Shown piece by piece: positions 11,653 to 24,330 of a stretch of DNA of 64,000 nucleotides. Origin of the DNA: Mytilus edulis (lineage: Eukaryota); the NCBI RefSeq assembly GCF_963676685.1, contig NC_092352.1:76322001-76386000 (forward strand), given 5' to 3'. The notes under the pieces were generated by a model. The model was not told where the DNA came from and searched no databases. It saw only the letters and a list, made by a program, of their open reading frames with translations. The position numbers and the translations under genes are program-made. Within the stretch, counting starts at the first letter, position 1. The number at the start of each line of letters is the position of its first letter.

Positions 11653-14309
11653 ATGGCTATAATAGTCGCATTACAACTCAGTTTATATTTCGGAACATGT
11701 TTAATGGAAGGATTGGGAGAGACAAATGAAATCCACGGATCAAAACGGTTACTTCTAAATGATCCAGATGCCATCAACAACAGATTAAATAATTTGGAAA
11801 GGTCCTTACAACAACAACAAGCAACGATTTTACAACAACAAGCAACAATTCAGCAGCTTAAACAAAATATTCCGCAAGGTGAGTAAATTGCCAAAGTAAG
11901 TAAAATATTTATATAATACTAATTCTGAATATTTTCCTCAATTTTAAAACGCCCTATAACCGGCTTTCCCTTTATCCTATTGACAGCTTTTAACCCTCTT
12001 ACCGGCTACGGATTTAACACCAAAATCTACTGTACAAAATTGCAACGGTAATTCGAATGGCAGACAAAATATGCTATATATAAAATCAGGAACAGATGTA
12101 ATTTGTGTGTCTGCTGTAAAGAATGGCCGTTTATAAGGTGTACAATTTGAAAATTAATTTCTTTACATGATTGGGCGTATTCTTACAGAAGCTGGTTCGT
12201 GAGATTATCAGCATCAAATATTTTCACAACTTCCATGAATAAACATAATTGTTATCGGTGTACATCTTGGAGGGCCAGCACTTATGAGGGTTATTCACAC
12301 ACTTAAACAAGAAAATGGTCATTTGAGACTTTTGTTGTAGTTAAGCATTGATTTATTTGAAGATTTTTTAATTTTTAAAAATGAATAATAGTGTTAACTG
12401 AAAAGAAATTAAAAAAAATGAGATAATTGCAAGAGGGAAAGGATTGTGATTAAAAATTAATGAAGAACAAACATCTGTTTGACACTGCTGGTTGTGTATA
12501 CTGTATCAGATTAGTTTTGAAGACCATCTTTTTCTGTAGGAAATTTCCTATAAGGCCGTAAATACCTGTTTTGAGAACTGGTGTTTTCCTTTGGACGTTT
12601 TTGTTTTATGTCATGGCATTTTCAATTTTGATTTAGTCGTACGACATTGAATATCCGTTAAATATGACATCTTTTTAAACAAACTTCGTACTCTAAGCAG
12701 TTCTTATAAAAAGAAGTAAAATATTAGTGATGCGTCTATCTGCTGCAAATCGATATTCCTTTTGTTAACCAATGACCTGGTCTTACTTTAATAAGTTCTC
12801 CCTTGACGGATATTTTCTTCCAGAGATACCAGATACCAGAGGGACAGTCGAAATAGCACACAAAACAACGTAGAAAATGAAAGACTAAGCAACATGTTTA
12901 ATTATATTTTATCTTTTAGAACAAGGATCTACTTATATACAGTGGGGAAAGGCATCATGTTCATCCATGGGGACAGAAACTATTTATTCAGGTATTCAAA
13001 TATTATTATGATGCATTTCTCAATCTGATACTTTTATAAGTCATTGTCCCTGTATATTTCATTCTGATACATTGCTGATATGTATTACATTGAAAATATA
13101 TGATATATTACTAAGAAAATTGAAATAAAGTAACATTTAACATAAAAGTGAAATGTTCAGTAACGTTTCTTTTGATATTTCAAAATAATTTTGAGATGAC
13201 AGCCACTGTAATATACCTGTCTGGAGATATTTGCTTTCAAAACAATAGGTCATTCTTTCGCAGAATACACAGATAATATCAAGTTAAACAAAATATGCTT
13301 TAAGTCATATGATAATGACATGTGTAAGGCGACGATATTTACTTTGATTGAAATTCAATCTATATTTAACGTTAAACAGAAGACTTAAAAGAAGCAAGAT
13401 TAAACTCTCTTGTGTGTAGGATTTTGAATATCTTATCAATTCTTAATGTAATGAAAACCTTACTATGACTTAAATGCTTGGACCCCTTACATTACGTTAA
13501 CCGTTAAACAAGTAATGTATGTCTTGCTTCATTCAGGTACAGTAATATTTTTTATCTGGCTGGATAACGATTTCTAAAGTTTATATCTAGATTAATGAGT
13601 AATTTTTGTGTCTCATTGTAAATGGGTTCTAGGACGTATTAAAACCTAATCTTAAAGATGGTCGGTAAAACGGGATTGAATTCAGTGGTTTTTTTTCACA
13701 AGCAAAACTTTAAAATATTATCTATAACTTGTCACAAAGAACATTCATTACGATGCTGAAAGATTGTAATTGAATGCATCCATTTTTAGTATTCGTTTTC
13801 ATCGATTGCAGCTTATATATTATGTTGTAGGATACACTGCCGGTCAACTTTATTATGACGCGTCATCATATCCAACCAGGTTTGGGGGACCTTCAAATAT
13901 GCTCTGTCTACCTAATAATCCGAAACTTAGTAACAAAACAGGACCAAGCAACAGTTTTATTTACGGAACAGAGTTTGAAGACAATTTTCTCAGGAATGAC
14001 GCTGCCAATGAAGATATACCTTGTGCATTATGCAGAAGTATGAATACAACTTCTTCTGTAATGTTTCCAGGTCGGAATATTTGTTACAATGGATGGAAGA
14101 CGGAGTATGAAGGCTATGTTATGTCTGGACATTGGGCACACAGGGCATCGTCTTATATTTGCGTTGATCTTCACCCAGATTACATTCCAGGCGGTAAAGC
14201 TGATACTAATGGCCAGCTGTTATATGTGACGGGTACTAAATGTGGTCCACTTTCTTGTCCTCCTTATAACGACAATATAGCTGTCAATTGTGTTGTTTGT
14301 TCTAAATAA
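11653..14309 (+). CDS. Cluster copy 2: intact secreted coiled-coil + short-chain collagen C4-like protein, ~258 aa; exons 11653-11878, 12920-12991, 13831-14309
   Basis: Signal peptide MAIIVALQLSLYFGTCLMEG, KRLLLNDPD, Q-rich heptads. Both introns are GT-AG phase 1 and the 777-nt spliced frame is open. Motifs TYIQWGK..C, CLPNNP, CALC, YICVD, CGPLSCPPY, CVVCSK. Confidence 0.9.
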
Positions 14310-15694
14310 AATGAATACAGCCAATTTAAAGTTATAATTCTTCTTTGCCGATGTCTGTGTTTCAGATAATAATATTTTTTAATTGAATAGGTGTGTGAAT
14401 TTATATCAGCTATTGTAATTGAAGTATTTTCACCTCAATCATCCCAAAATCAGATTTTGTTGTTTGCTTGTCGAAATTTGCATCTGGTGCAGTTGAATGA
14501 TACCGTTTGATGTCAATAAAAAATCATTGGGTCGATACCTCCGTTGTAAGAATGTTAGTGTTCGGTGGAATCAGAAGACCAGTAGCGCATTGTTACCTTT
14601 TGTGTCTGTTTGTTTTGTTCATATGTCGTTGTCAATATGATGGGATTTGATGCGACTGTCATTCAAGTGAGATGTTTAGCTATCTATAAAACCAGGTTTA
14701 ATTCATCATTTTCTAGATACGAAAATGTCTGTGCCAAGTCAGGAATATGACAGTTGTAACCATTCGTTTGATAAGTTTGATCTTTCGATTTTGCCACTTG
14801 GTAAGGTACTTCAGTTTTGAAGTTTCCTTGGAGTTCAGTATTTTTGTGATTTTACTTTTCAGTACTTCCATAACACAACTCATCAAAGAAACGTGATTTA
14901 TAATTTGACTATCGTTTTTATATATCACTCATCAAATTCTATTCTAAACAAGTTTACGATCCCAAAAAACATGAACAATGACGCAAACGTATGAGAAATG
15001 TTTTTTTTTATGAAAGGACCTGTGATATGACTCAAGGAATCAATTTTAAAAATAAAGGAATGCATCCCCTCGGGTATATATCTGATTTCTTTTCAATGTT
15101 CCCTCTTAGGGATGGTACTAAATATTCTACAAAGAATACTGATACCATAACTAAACCATACAATTACTTTTGACATATGAGCATTATATGGAATAATTAT
15201 ATTTCCACGTGAACTCAAAACTAAAAATAGTTCAAAATGGTAAAAGAGAGGCGAAAAATAACAGACACATTCAAACTCATAATAGATTGCTGTTCGGTAT
15301 GAGCCAAGGCTCATGTTGAAGCCCGTATTTTGACAATAGTATACAAAATACAATATAGAAAACTAAACACGAAGCAAAACGATCCCAAAAATGCAAGTTG
15401 TGTCTATAACTTAGAAAATCGCTATAGATAGAGGACATTTGACGTGTTCGAAATGGTGTGGATGGGAAATATCAACTGTATATTTTCACTAGTTGGCGCT
15501 TTTATCTAAGAAAAATTATTCTTAAACTAAAAACGTTACAAAGTGTTCGTCGTTTTTCCTTTTATCCTGAAAAATATAGTGTACATGTATGAAAACAAAT
15601 TTTAAATAGTAATATACAACCAACAAAGTAGGATCTTTAAATACTTCAAATGGCTGAAATCGTCAGTCGAAACCATATGTAAGTTATGTAAGAC

Positions 15695-15950
15695 TATTTA
15701 CCGGATTTGTAATCACATAAGCAACACGACAGGTGCCACATGTGGAGCAGGATCTGCTTACCCTTTCGGAGCACCTGAGATCACCCCTAGTTTTTGGTGG
15801 GGTTCGTGTTGTTTATTCTTTAGTTTTCTATGTTGTGTCGTGTGTACTGTTGTTTTTCTGTTTGTCTTTTTTATTTTTAGCCATGGCGTTGTCAGTTTGT
15901 TTTAGATTTATGAGTTTGACTGTCCCTTTGGTATCTTTCGTCCCTCTTTT
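15695..15950 (+). repeat. Interspersed repeat (3' portion of a Penelope-like element family)
   Basis: GAGCACCTGAGATCACCCCTAGTTTTTGGTGGGGTTCGTG...CTTTCGTCCCTCTTTT; related copies near 34140-34380 (downstream of an RT-like fragment), 36760-36945 and 37600-37720. It is absent from the paralogous site near 22455. Confidence 0.6.
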
Positions 15951-17279
15951 ATAGTCAATAAACAAAGACTTTTATTATACTGTGGATTCATTGTAATTTG
16001 TTTAATATCGATTTTCGTGTAATTCATGGGTACAAGTGAACGAAGGAAGTAAATGTTCAACGAAAGACATATTTTAGATAGGCTTGTATGCAAACTTCGA
16101 AATATCCATGAAGCTAAATATCCACGAACATGCAAATTGTCCTTATAGTGTAGCGGCGAAATCTGAAAAGACGCTTAGTTAAGGAGTTTCACCCAAAGAA
16201 CACAAAAGACGCTTAGTAAAGGAGTTTAACCAAAAGAACACACACCTGGATTTTTTTAAATGAAAGAATACATGTTAAACTTAAATTATAAACATGCCAT
16301 AAGAAAATCGTATGGTCACTGACGATAAAAATAAACAATAATTGATTTTAAAATATTTACCATCAACATTTCAAAAACCTTTTTACTTCAGTAGTTGTTT
16401 CCTTTAATTTCAGGATACTTATTAAACACTTAGTTTGTGGTTTTTTTGGCATAAATATACACTTCAATATTTACTTTATACAAAACAACTTTTATTTTCA
16501 ACATTACTTATTCGATTTACAAGATTTTTTTAATTTGAATAGAACACATTAATCCGTTACACAATTTATTTAATTACGGAGTTACGGTCCGGGACGTTTA
16601 TTTTTATTAAATCCTCAATCTGTTCAGTTCTATCACTGTACAAGCCAAATGTCGATTAGCATTTCACATTGAAATTGTTCAATTAGTATCACTTTTAGGG
16701 TTTATATCTGTCTTTACATTAGTCTTATATTTGCTTTGTTGTTAATTTCATTGTTTTTAGGCAGTTAAGCTACCTTATGCGAGCACCCCAGATTTGTGTT
16801 CTACCCAATAAATGCTGAAATAAGTGCCATTGTTATTATCTAGCTCGATATTATGTTATTAATAACTAATTGAACATGTTTTTCGTACTTTTAATTTTTG
16901 ATTACAAAAACCAGAAAAACCTTAAATGTTCGTCGAATCACCCAAAAGTTTTAAAGTTTCACATTAGAATTAGAGCAAATTAGGAATCCTTATGTAGTGT
17001 TTTATCCCCTGAGCTTTGGGCTAAGATGTCAAAGAACAAATGTATGAAATAAATACTTGCTAAAAATCTCTAAAGACAAGTAGTTTAGATTTCCCAAAAG
17101 GCAAAAGTCGTAGGAATATTGTCGTAGTATACATATTTTTAGGGGGCCAACTGAGGGACGTCTACGGATGCGGCAGTTTCTCGCTACATTGAAGACCCAT
17201 TTGTGGACTTCGGCTGTTGTCTGCTCTATGGTCAATTTGTCGCTTTGACACATTCCCCATTTCCTTTCTAAATTTTATT

Positions 17280-17680
17280 GGAAGTGGAACACTAAATATC
17301 GAAGTTGGTATATATACCAATACGCCAAGAGAATTACGATTGTGTCTTTGTTGTAATATGAACGTTGTTGAAGACGAATATCATTTTGTTTTAGTTTGTC
17401 CTGTATACAGACCGGTAAGGTTACATTATTTACCAAAATACTTTTGTTTTTGGTCAAATATTTATAAACTGGATCAATTGTTAAAAGCTGTCAATAAAAC
17501 TGTAACTATAAAATTATGTAATTATATTAAGGCAGCATGGAAAATGAGATTTCAACTTCTTACTTAACTTTGTATGATGTGTTGTTTTCTGCTGTTTATT
17601 ATTGTGTCATATATGTAATATATGTTTTGATTGCCATAGCATGTAAATGCTTTTAGCAAATAAATAAATTCATTCATTCA
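17280..17680 (+). mobile_element. 5'-truncated non-LTR retrotransposon (LINE) 3' end
   Basis: LNIEVGIY...RLCLCCNMNVVEDEYHFVLVCPVY is a CCHC-type C-terminal motif typical of LINE ORF2; it is followed by a 3' UTR, AATAAA and a (TTCA)n tail. Confidence 0.75.
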
Positions 17681-17786
17681 ATGTTATCTTTTCAATGATA
17701 TATAATTTAGCCGTGTGTTCGTTGGGTGCATTAAAAAAAATTATGAATCAACCGCTGGTCTATTAATCCACGAAAATAAATGAATT

Positions 17787-17969
17787 AATTCGCCGTTTCA
17801 GAATCTAATGCATCCTGGGTAATATTTTCAAAAGTGTACACCACAACGTCCTGATTGGTTAAAAATGTCATAAACAATGGAAATTTAACCAACGACGTGG
17901 CGTTATTTTCATTTTGGGGTACGAACAATGAAATTACCCATGATTCTTTAGATTCTGAAACGGCTAATT
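17787..17969. mobile_element. MITE (~183 bp)
   Basis: AATTCGCCGTTTCAGAATCTAA / TTAGATTCTGAAACGGCTAATT inverted ends; absent from the paralogous site near 22685. Confidence 0.75.
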
Positions 17970-19727
17970 GTATATTGTATTTTGCCTATTATTGTAAAAA
18001 CTATAATAGATAGATAGAAACGTTAGTCGCAAAAATGATCAGTAGGACAAGGTCTGTACGGTGACCTATATAGTTGTTAATGTCTGTGTCATTTTGGTCT
18101 TTTGTGGATAGTTGTCTCATTGGCAATCATACCACATCTTCTTTCTTATACTACATGGTCTACAGACAAGTCAACTAAACCAAAAATGAACGTTGAGTTT
18201 TTATCATAGTTATTGTCCCTTTAACAAATTAAATATTTACACTGATTACATTTCGAGCAGACTCTATAAATAATAGAAAAGATAACTGGAAACATTGAAA
18301 ATGACGAACAAGACATAATGAACGAATAACATTATGTAAACAAAGCCAACACGTTCGGTCCATTTCTTTAAAGAATTATTTAACTTGGATGATACTTTTG
18401 TCCATGTTTGAGTTTTGATAAAAGTCTGTAGTAGATAGAGAAAATTAAACAGAAACACATTAAAAAATAAAAAAAAGAGTTTCTAGTCATGAACAACATT
18501 TTAGCGTTTCAGAGCAGTCATTATTGAAGATGCATATAGATCCAGGTAAATGACACAAGCAACTGAGGACTTCAATGTTTTCTTTTCACTGGATATGTAT
18601 TTTTGAAATCTGCATCTTTTATATGGATAAAAGGAACATAATGTTTCACCTTTTTTACTAATGTGGAAACTTGCTAAGGTTTGTATGACATCAAGATAGA
18701 ACGTTAATTATTTAAAGAGTATTGTAAATGGTTTGACGTTCCGTTCTTGGAATTTCGACAGAGAAAAAAATATCATGAAAAGAAAACTGTTTCAGACATC
18801 AAGTTTGAAACCTGAAAGTATGTTTTCGCAAAGCTGCAAGATTGAGTGTGAATCCCTGACCAAAGCTCGAACACAAGTAGTCCGAGATTGCTCTGATGAC
18901 ATGTTTTTCCTGTTTTGAATGAAAACATAGAACATGCAAAAAACGCAAACTGTGTCCTTTTAATTACTCAAGGTTCAACTACGTTCATATCGTTTTGCTC
19001 AAATGAACCTTTTACAGCACGAAAATCGGGAACGAAAATTTATCCCTAGAGTTGTCTCCCATCTCCGGATGTTCTTAACTTTTAGTTACGACCATCCGCT
19101 TACCACCAGTGGTATATGTCTACTGTCTAACAAGACTCATTTTTATATTTTCAAATATATAACCAGAATTGTCATTATATTTTCAAACATGTCCATAAAC
19201 AAAAGCCATCACAATCTTTTTTTGTTGTAGTCTGTGTTTCTGTTGTTCCGTTGTTATCCTCGGTTATAGTTTGTATCCCGGATTTTTTTTTTCTCAACCG
19301 ATTAATGACTTGTGTACAGCGGTATACTATTGTTGCCTTCATTTTTCTGTATCTGTTAATAAAGCAACTATATTGAAGATCTAGTAATATATCAAAATTC
19401 ATTACGAATATTTGTTTTACACATGTAATATATTTTATTTGAATCACAAACTCATAGACAGAAATGCTCCTCCCTCACTTGTGTATGTAACGCACAAGTT
19501 TATATTGATACTGCAATTCCATAGCTGTCCTTTACTAACGAAACAAATTGGGGGAAATGATTTAAAGGAATTTATGATTTATAAAATAATCTTTTATCAA
19601 GATATTTTATTTGTTAATCGACCGCTGTCTTCTTATTTAAATCAAAGTGTCCTACTTAACTTATAATTTCTAGAATGCAATAATCATATGTTTTTATTGA
19701 TGCATACACAAACCTTCTATTTTATAG

Positions 19728-20203
19728 GATATACTGCTGGTCAAGAACATTATAGTTCGTCATATGCAAACAGGTTTGTTTGAGCAGCAAATATGCTTTG
19801 TCTTCCTAATAATCCGAAACCTAGAAATAAAACTGCACCGGGCTACAGTTTTCTTTACGGAACAGAGTTTGAGGGAAATTTTCTCAGGAGTGACGCAGCC
19901 AATGAAGATATACCATGTGCATTTTGCAGAAGTTTAAATACAACTTCATCTGCAATGTTTCCAGGTCGAAATGTTTGCTACCATGGATGGAAGATGGAGT
20001 ATGAAGGCTATGTTATGTCCGGATACTGGGGACACAGGGCATCGTCTTATATTTGTGTTGATGCACATCCAGATTACGTTCCAGGTGGTAAAGCTAATAC
20101 AAATGGCCAGCTGTTATACGTGACGGGTACAAAATGTGGTACACTGACATGTCCGCCATATCACGATAATGTGGTTGTCAATTGTGTTGTGTGTTCCAAA
20201 TAA
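19728..20203 (+). pseudogene. Cluster copy 3: orphan terminal exon with in-frame TGA at 19781-19783
   Basis: Closely similar to exon 3 of copies 2 and 6; RFV* replaces RFGG. No exon 1 or exon 2 was found between 14.3 and 19.7 kb. Confidence 0.85.
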
Positions 20204-21040
20204 AATGAATACAGCCATTTCACAGTCCTAATTCTTCTTTGTCGATGTCTGTGTTTCAGATAATAATATTTTTTAATTGATAAGTTGTGTGAATTTATAT
20301 CAGTTATTGTAATTGAAGTATTTTCACCTCAATCATCCCAAAATCAGATTTTGTTGTTTGCTTGTCGAAATTTGCATCAGGTGCAGTTAATGATACTGTT
20401 TAATGTCAATAAAAATCACTGGGTCGATACCTTCATTGTAAGAATGTTAGTGTTCGGTGGAATCAGCAGACCAATAGGGCCGTCTTTTATGTCTGTTTGT
20501 TTTGTTCATACGTCGTTATCAATATGATGGAACTTGATGCGACTGTCATACAAGTGAGAGGTTTAGCTAGGTATGGCTTAATCCATCATTTTCTAGATAC
20601 GAAAATGCCTGTACCAAGTCAGGAATTTGACAGTTGTTGTCCATTCGTTTGATGCGTTTGATCTTTTGATTTTGCCATTTGATAAGGGACTTTCAGTTTT
20701 GAATTTTCCTTGGAGATCAGTATTTTTTTTTATTTTACTTTTCAGTACTGCCATAACACAACTCATCAAAGGAAACGTGTTTTATAAATTGACTACCATT
20801 TTATTAAATCACTCATCAAATTCTATTCTAAACAAGTTTATGGTCCCAAACAGTGACGCAAACATAAGAGAAATGATATGTATGCCTACGCAAAGTGTTT
20901 TATGAAAGGACTTGTGATATAACTCAAAAATAAATTGAAATGGAGAATGTATCCCTTATGGTATATATCTGATTTCTTTTCAATGTTCCCTCTTGGTGAT
21001 GGTACTGGTATCGATACATATTGCAGGGAATACAACTTAA

Positions 21041-21438
21041 GAGGCTGTCCAAGTAAATATCAGGCAAATACTATGATATGGGTGGCACAACATAATTTTT
21101 TTCCCACTGAATTTTTGGTTCTAATGCAATGTTTATATCAACCAAAGGATATATATGTCAAAGATATTTTTGAATCAACAGTGGATGGCTCAGATAATGA
21201 TTTTCAAGTTCACTAACAACGCAACAAAATTTTGTACAAAATAAAGAGTTGTCTTCCCTTTTCAATGAATTTTTAGTGCTTTCTATGTATTTTTCTACTC
21301 TTTATTTGTTGCAGTTAATTAAAAAACAAAATTTAACTTTGAGAAAGAATGAATTTGTGATATGAAATAAATGAAAAAATTTTGAAAACAAAATATGTCA
21401 TGTGCCATCTACTGCCTGGTTTTTCCATGGACACCCTC
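21041..21438. mobile_element. MITE with TTAA TSD (Kolobok-like)
   Basis: TTAA-GAGGCTGTCCA ... TGGACACCCTC-TTAA; absent from the paralogous 3' flanks near 15120 and 40190. Confidence 0.75.
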
Positions 21439-22485
21439 TTAAATACATATTCTTCCAAGAATTACTGATACTATAACTAAAACCATACAATTATTTTTGT
21501 CATTGAGCATTATATGGACTAATTTTAATTCCACGTGAACTCAAAGCATTATGATTGAAAACTTCCACAGCAATTAAAATTAAACATTGGAATGCCGAAA
21601 CGTTGTTATATTTTTGTGTGCATACTATAATGACATCATCCATGATCATTCATATTTTGAAACAGTAAATTTCACATATTTCTATCTCACCTTACCCATA
21701 TGGTCATGTAAGCTTTTTTGTCACTTAAATTGATATCTTTCATTGAACGTAAGTCGTTGTCCGTCATCCATTCACTTTAACACAAATCTTTTCCTCTTAA
21801 ACAACTGGCCCAAAAGAAGTTTAAACTGACCACAGTCGTCTTTGGGTTATATGATGTTTGATGATCTCGCATGAAAATCAACATGACTAAAAATAGTTCA
21901 AAATGGTAAAAAAAAAAAAAGAAGCGAAAAATAACAAATAAACATTCAAACTCATAATATATTGCTGTTCGGTGTGAGCCAAGGCTCCTGTTGAAGACCG
22001 TAAGTTGACCTATAAAGGTTTTCTTTTCGTGAATGAAGAGTTGTCGCATTGGTAACATACCACATCTTATATCTATATCAATATCGAATATAAACTGACA
22101 ACGACATAGCTAAAAATCAAACATACCCACAGACAGACAATAGTATACAAAGTACAACATAGAAAACTAAAGACGAAGCAAAACGAACCCAAAAATGCAA
22201 GTTGTGTCTTTAACTTAGAAAACCGCTATAGATAGAGGAAATTGGTTTGAATGGGAAATAGCAACTGTATATTTTTCACTAGTTGGCGCTTTTATCAAAG
22301 AGTAATTATTCTTAAACTAAAAATGTTACAAAGTGTTCGTCCTTTTCCCTATTATCCTGAAAGGTATGGTGTATAAAACAAACTTTAAATAGTAATATAC
22401 GACCAACAAAGCATGATCTTTTGGCTGAAATCGTCAGTAGAAACCATATGTAAGTTATATTCAATAAACGAAGATTTTTCTTATA

Positions 22486-22689
22486 CTGTGGATTCATTAT
22501 TATTCGTTGGATATCAATTTCGTGGAATTCGTGGGTACAAATGAACCAAAGTAAATGTTCAACAAAAGACATATTTTAGATAGGATTGTACGCAAACTTC
22601 GAAATATCCATCAAATTAAATATCCACGAACATGCAAATTGTCCTTAATCCACGAAAATTGGTACCCACGAAAATAAATGAATCAAAAG
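22486..22689. mobile_element. MITE with TA flanks (Tc1/mariner-like)
   Basis: TA-CTGTGGATTCATT ... AATGAATCAAAAG-TA; the paralogous copy starting near 15980 is split by ~1.6 kb of inserted DNA. Confidence 0.6.
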
Positions 22690-22754
22690 TATGTTATATT
22701 TTTGCCTATTATTGTAAAAACTATAATATTTAGATAGAAACGTTAGTGGCAAAC

Positions 22755-23294
22755 ATGATCAGTATGACACGGTCTACAGACAGGTCCCCTAAGCCAACAA
22801 TGATCAGTAGGACAAGGTCTACAGACAGGTCAACTAAGCCAAAAATTATCAGAAGGACAAAGTCTACAGACAGGTCAACTAAGCAAAAAATGATCAGTAG
22901 GACAAGGTTTACAGACAGATCAACTAAGCCAAAAATGATCAGTAGGACAAGGTCTACAGACAGGTCAACTAAGCAAAAAATGATCAGTAGGACAAGGTTT
23001 ACAGACAGATCAACTAAGCCAAAAATGATCAGTAGGACAAGGTATACAGACAGGTCAACTAAGCCAAAAATGATCAGTAGGACAAGGTCTACAGACAGGT
23101 CAACTAAGCTAAAAATAATCAGTAGGACAAGGTATACAGACCGGTCAACTAAGCCAAAAATGATCAGTAGGACAAGGTCTACAGACAGGTCAACTAAGCT
23201 AAAAATAATCAGTAGGACAAGGTATACAGACCGGTCAACTAAGCCAAAAATGATCAGTAGGACAAGGTCTACAGACAGATCAACTAAGCCAAAA
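22755..23294. repeat. 45-bp minisatellite, 12 copies
   Basis: Unit ATGATCAGTAGGACAAGGTCTACAGACAGGTCAACTAAGCCAAAA in direct tandem with no spacers. Confidence 0.95.
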
Positions 23295-24330
23295 ATGAGC
23301 GTTGAGATTTTATCGTAGTTATTGTCCCTTTAACAAATTAAATTTTTACACTAATTACATTTCGAGCAGACTCTATAGAAAATAGAATTAATTGGAACCA
23401 TCTGTTTTAGAGCAGTCATTATTGAAGATACATATAGATCCAGGTAAATGACACAAGCGACTGAGGCCTTCAATGTTTTCTTTTCACTGGATATGTACTT
23501 TTGAAATCTACATTTTGTATGGAAAAAAGGAACATGATGTTTCATCTTTTATTACTAACACGGAGGCATTGATAAGGTATGTATTATATTAAGATAGCAC
23601 GTTAATTATCTAAAAGTATAGCAAATGGTTTGACGTTCCCTCTTTCCGTTCTTGGGATTTCGAGAGAGAAAAAAATATCATGAAAAGAAAACAGTTGCAG
23701 ATATCAATTTTGAAATGTGAAAGTATGATTTTGCAAAGTGTGAATCCATGACCAAAGTTCAAACACAAGAAGTCCGAGATTGCTCTGACGGCATATTTTT
23801 ATGTATTGAAAGAAGACATTGAACATGCAGAAAATGTAAACTGTGTCCTTTTAATTACTCAAGGTTCAACTACGTTCACATCGTTTGCGCATATCATCTA
23901 GAATGTAGTAATTTATGTGATGAAATTAAGCAAATCCCGATTCTTTTGATAAAAGCAAAAACATTTCACTGAAAATAAAATATTAAGATAATTCGTTTTC
24001 GTTGCAAAGGATTATTATGAGCGGGAAACATACAAAAACGAACCTTAAATGCATGGTTTGTCTACTTTACAATGTTTAATTTTATTATTTTGACACAATG
24101 TGCTTAACGAATGCTGATGATGAACTTGGGGCTTGAGGCAATTATAATAACTAAAATGTGAAATACCTAAACTGTTCGATACCAGTTGCAAGAAAAATCT
24201 TGTTTTCCAATACACTGCCAAGTTATAGACGGGGCATTACGTACATACGGTGTTTAGTTTATTGTGCATTGTATTTGTATAACCTATAACTTTCTGATAA
24301 GAAAGTTCAACCGGACTGATTTCGACAGAA

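Noticed and set aside
19781-19783. In-frame TGA as selenocysteine or readthrough
   Set aside because: It aligns to a conserved Gly rather than Cys, neighbouring codons are also mutated, upstream exons are missing, and no SECIS was recognised.
22755-23294. CRISPR-like array, or a 190-aa repetitive protein (ORF 22746-23318)
   Set aside because: The units are contiguous with no unique spacers and the context is eukaryotic. The ORF follows from a stop-free 45-bp unit, and the paralogous site has a single interrupted unit.
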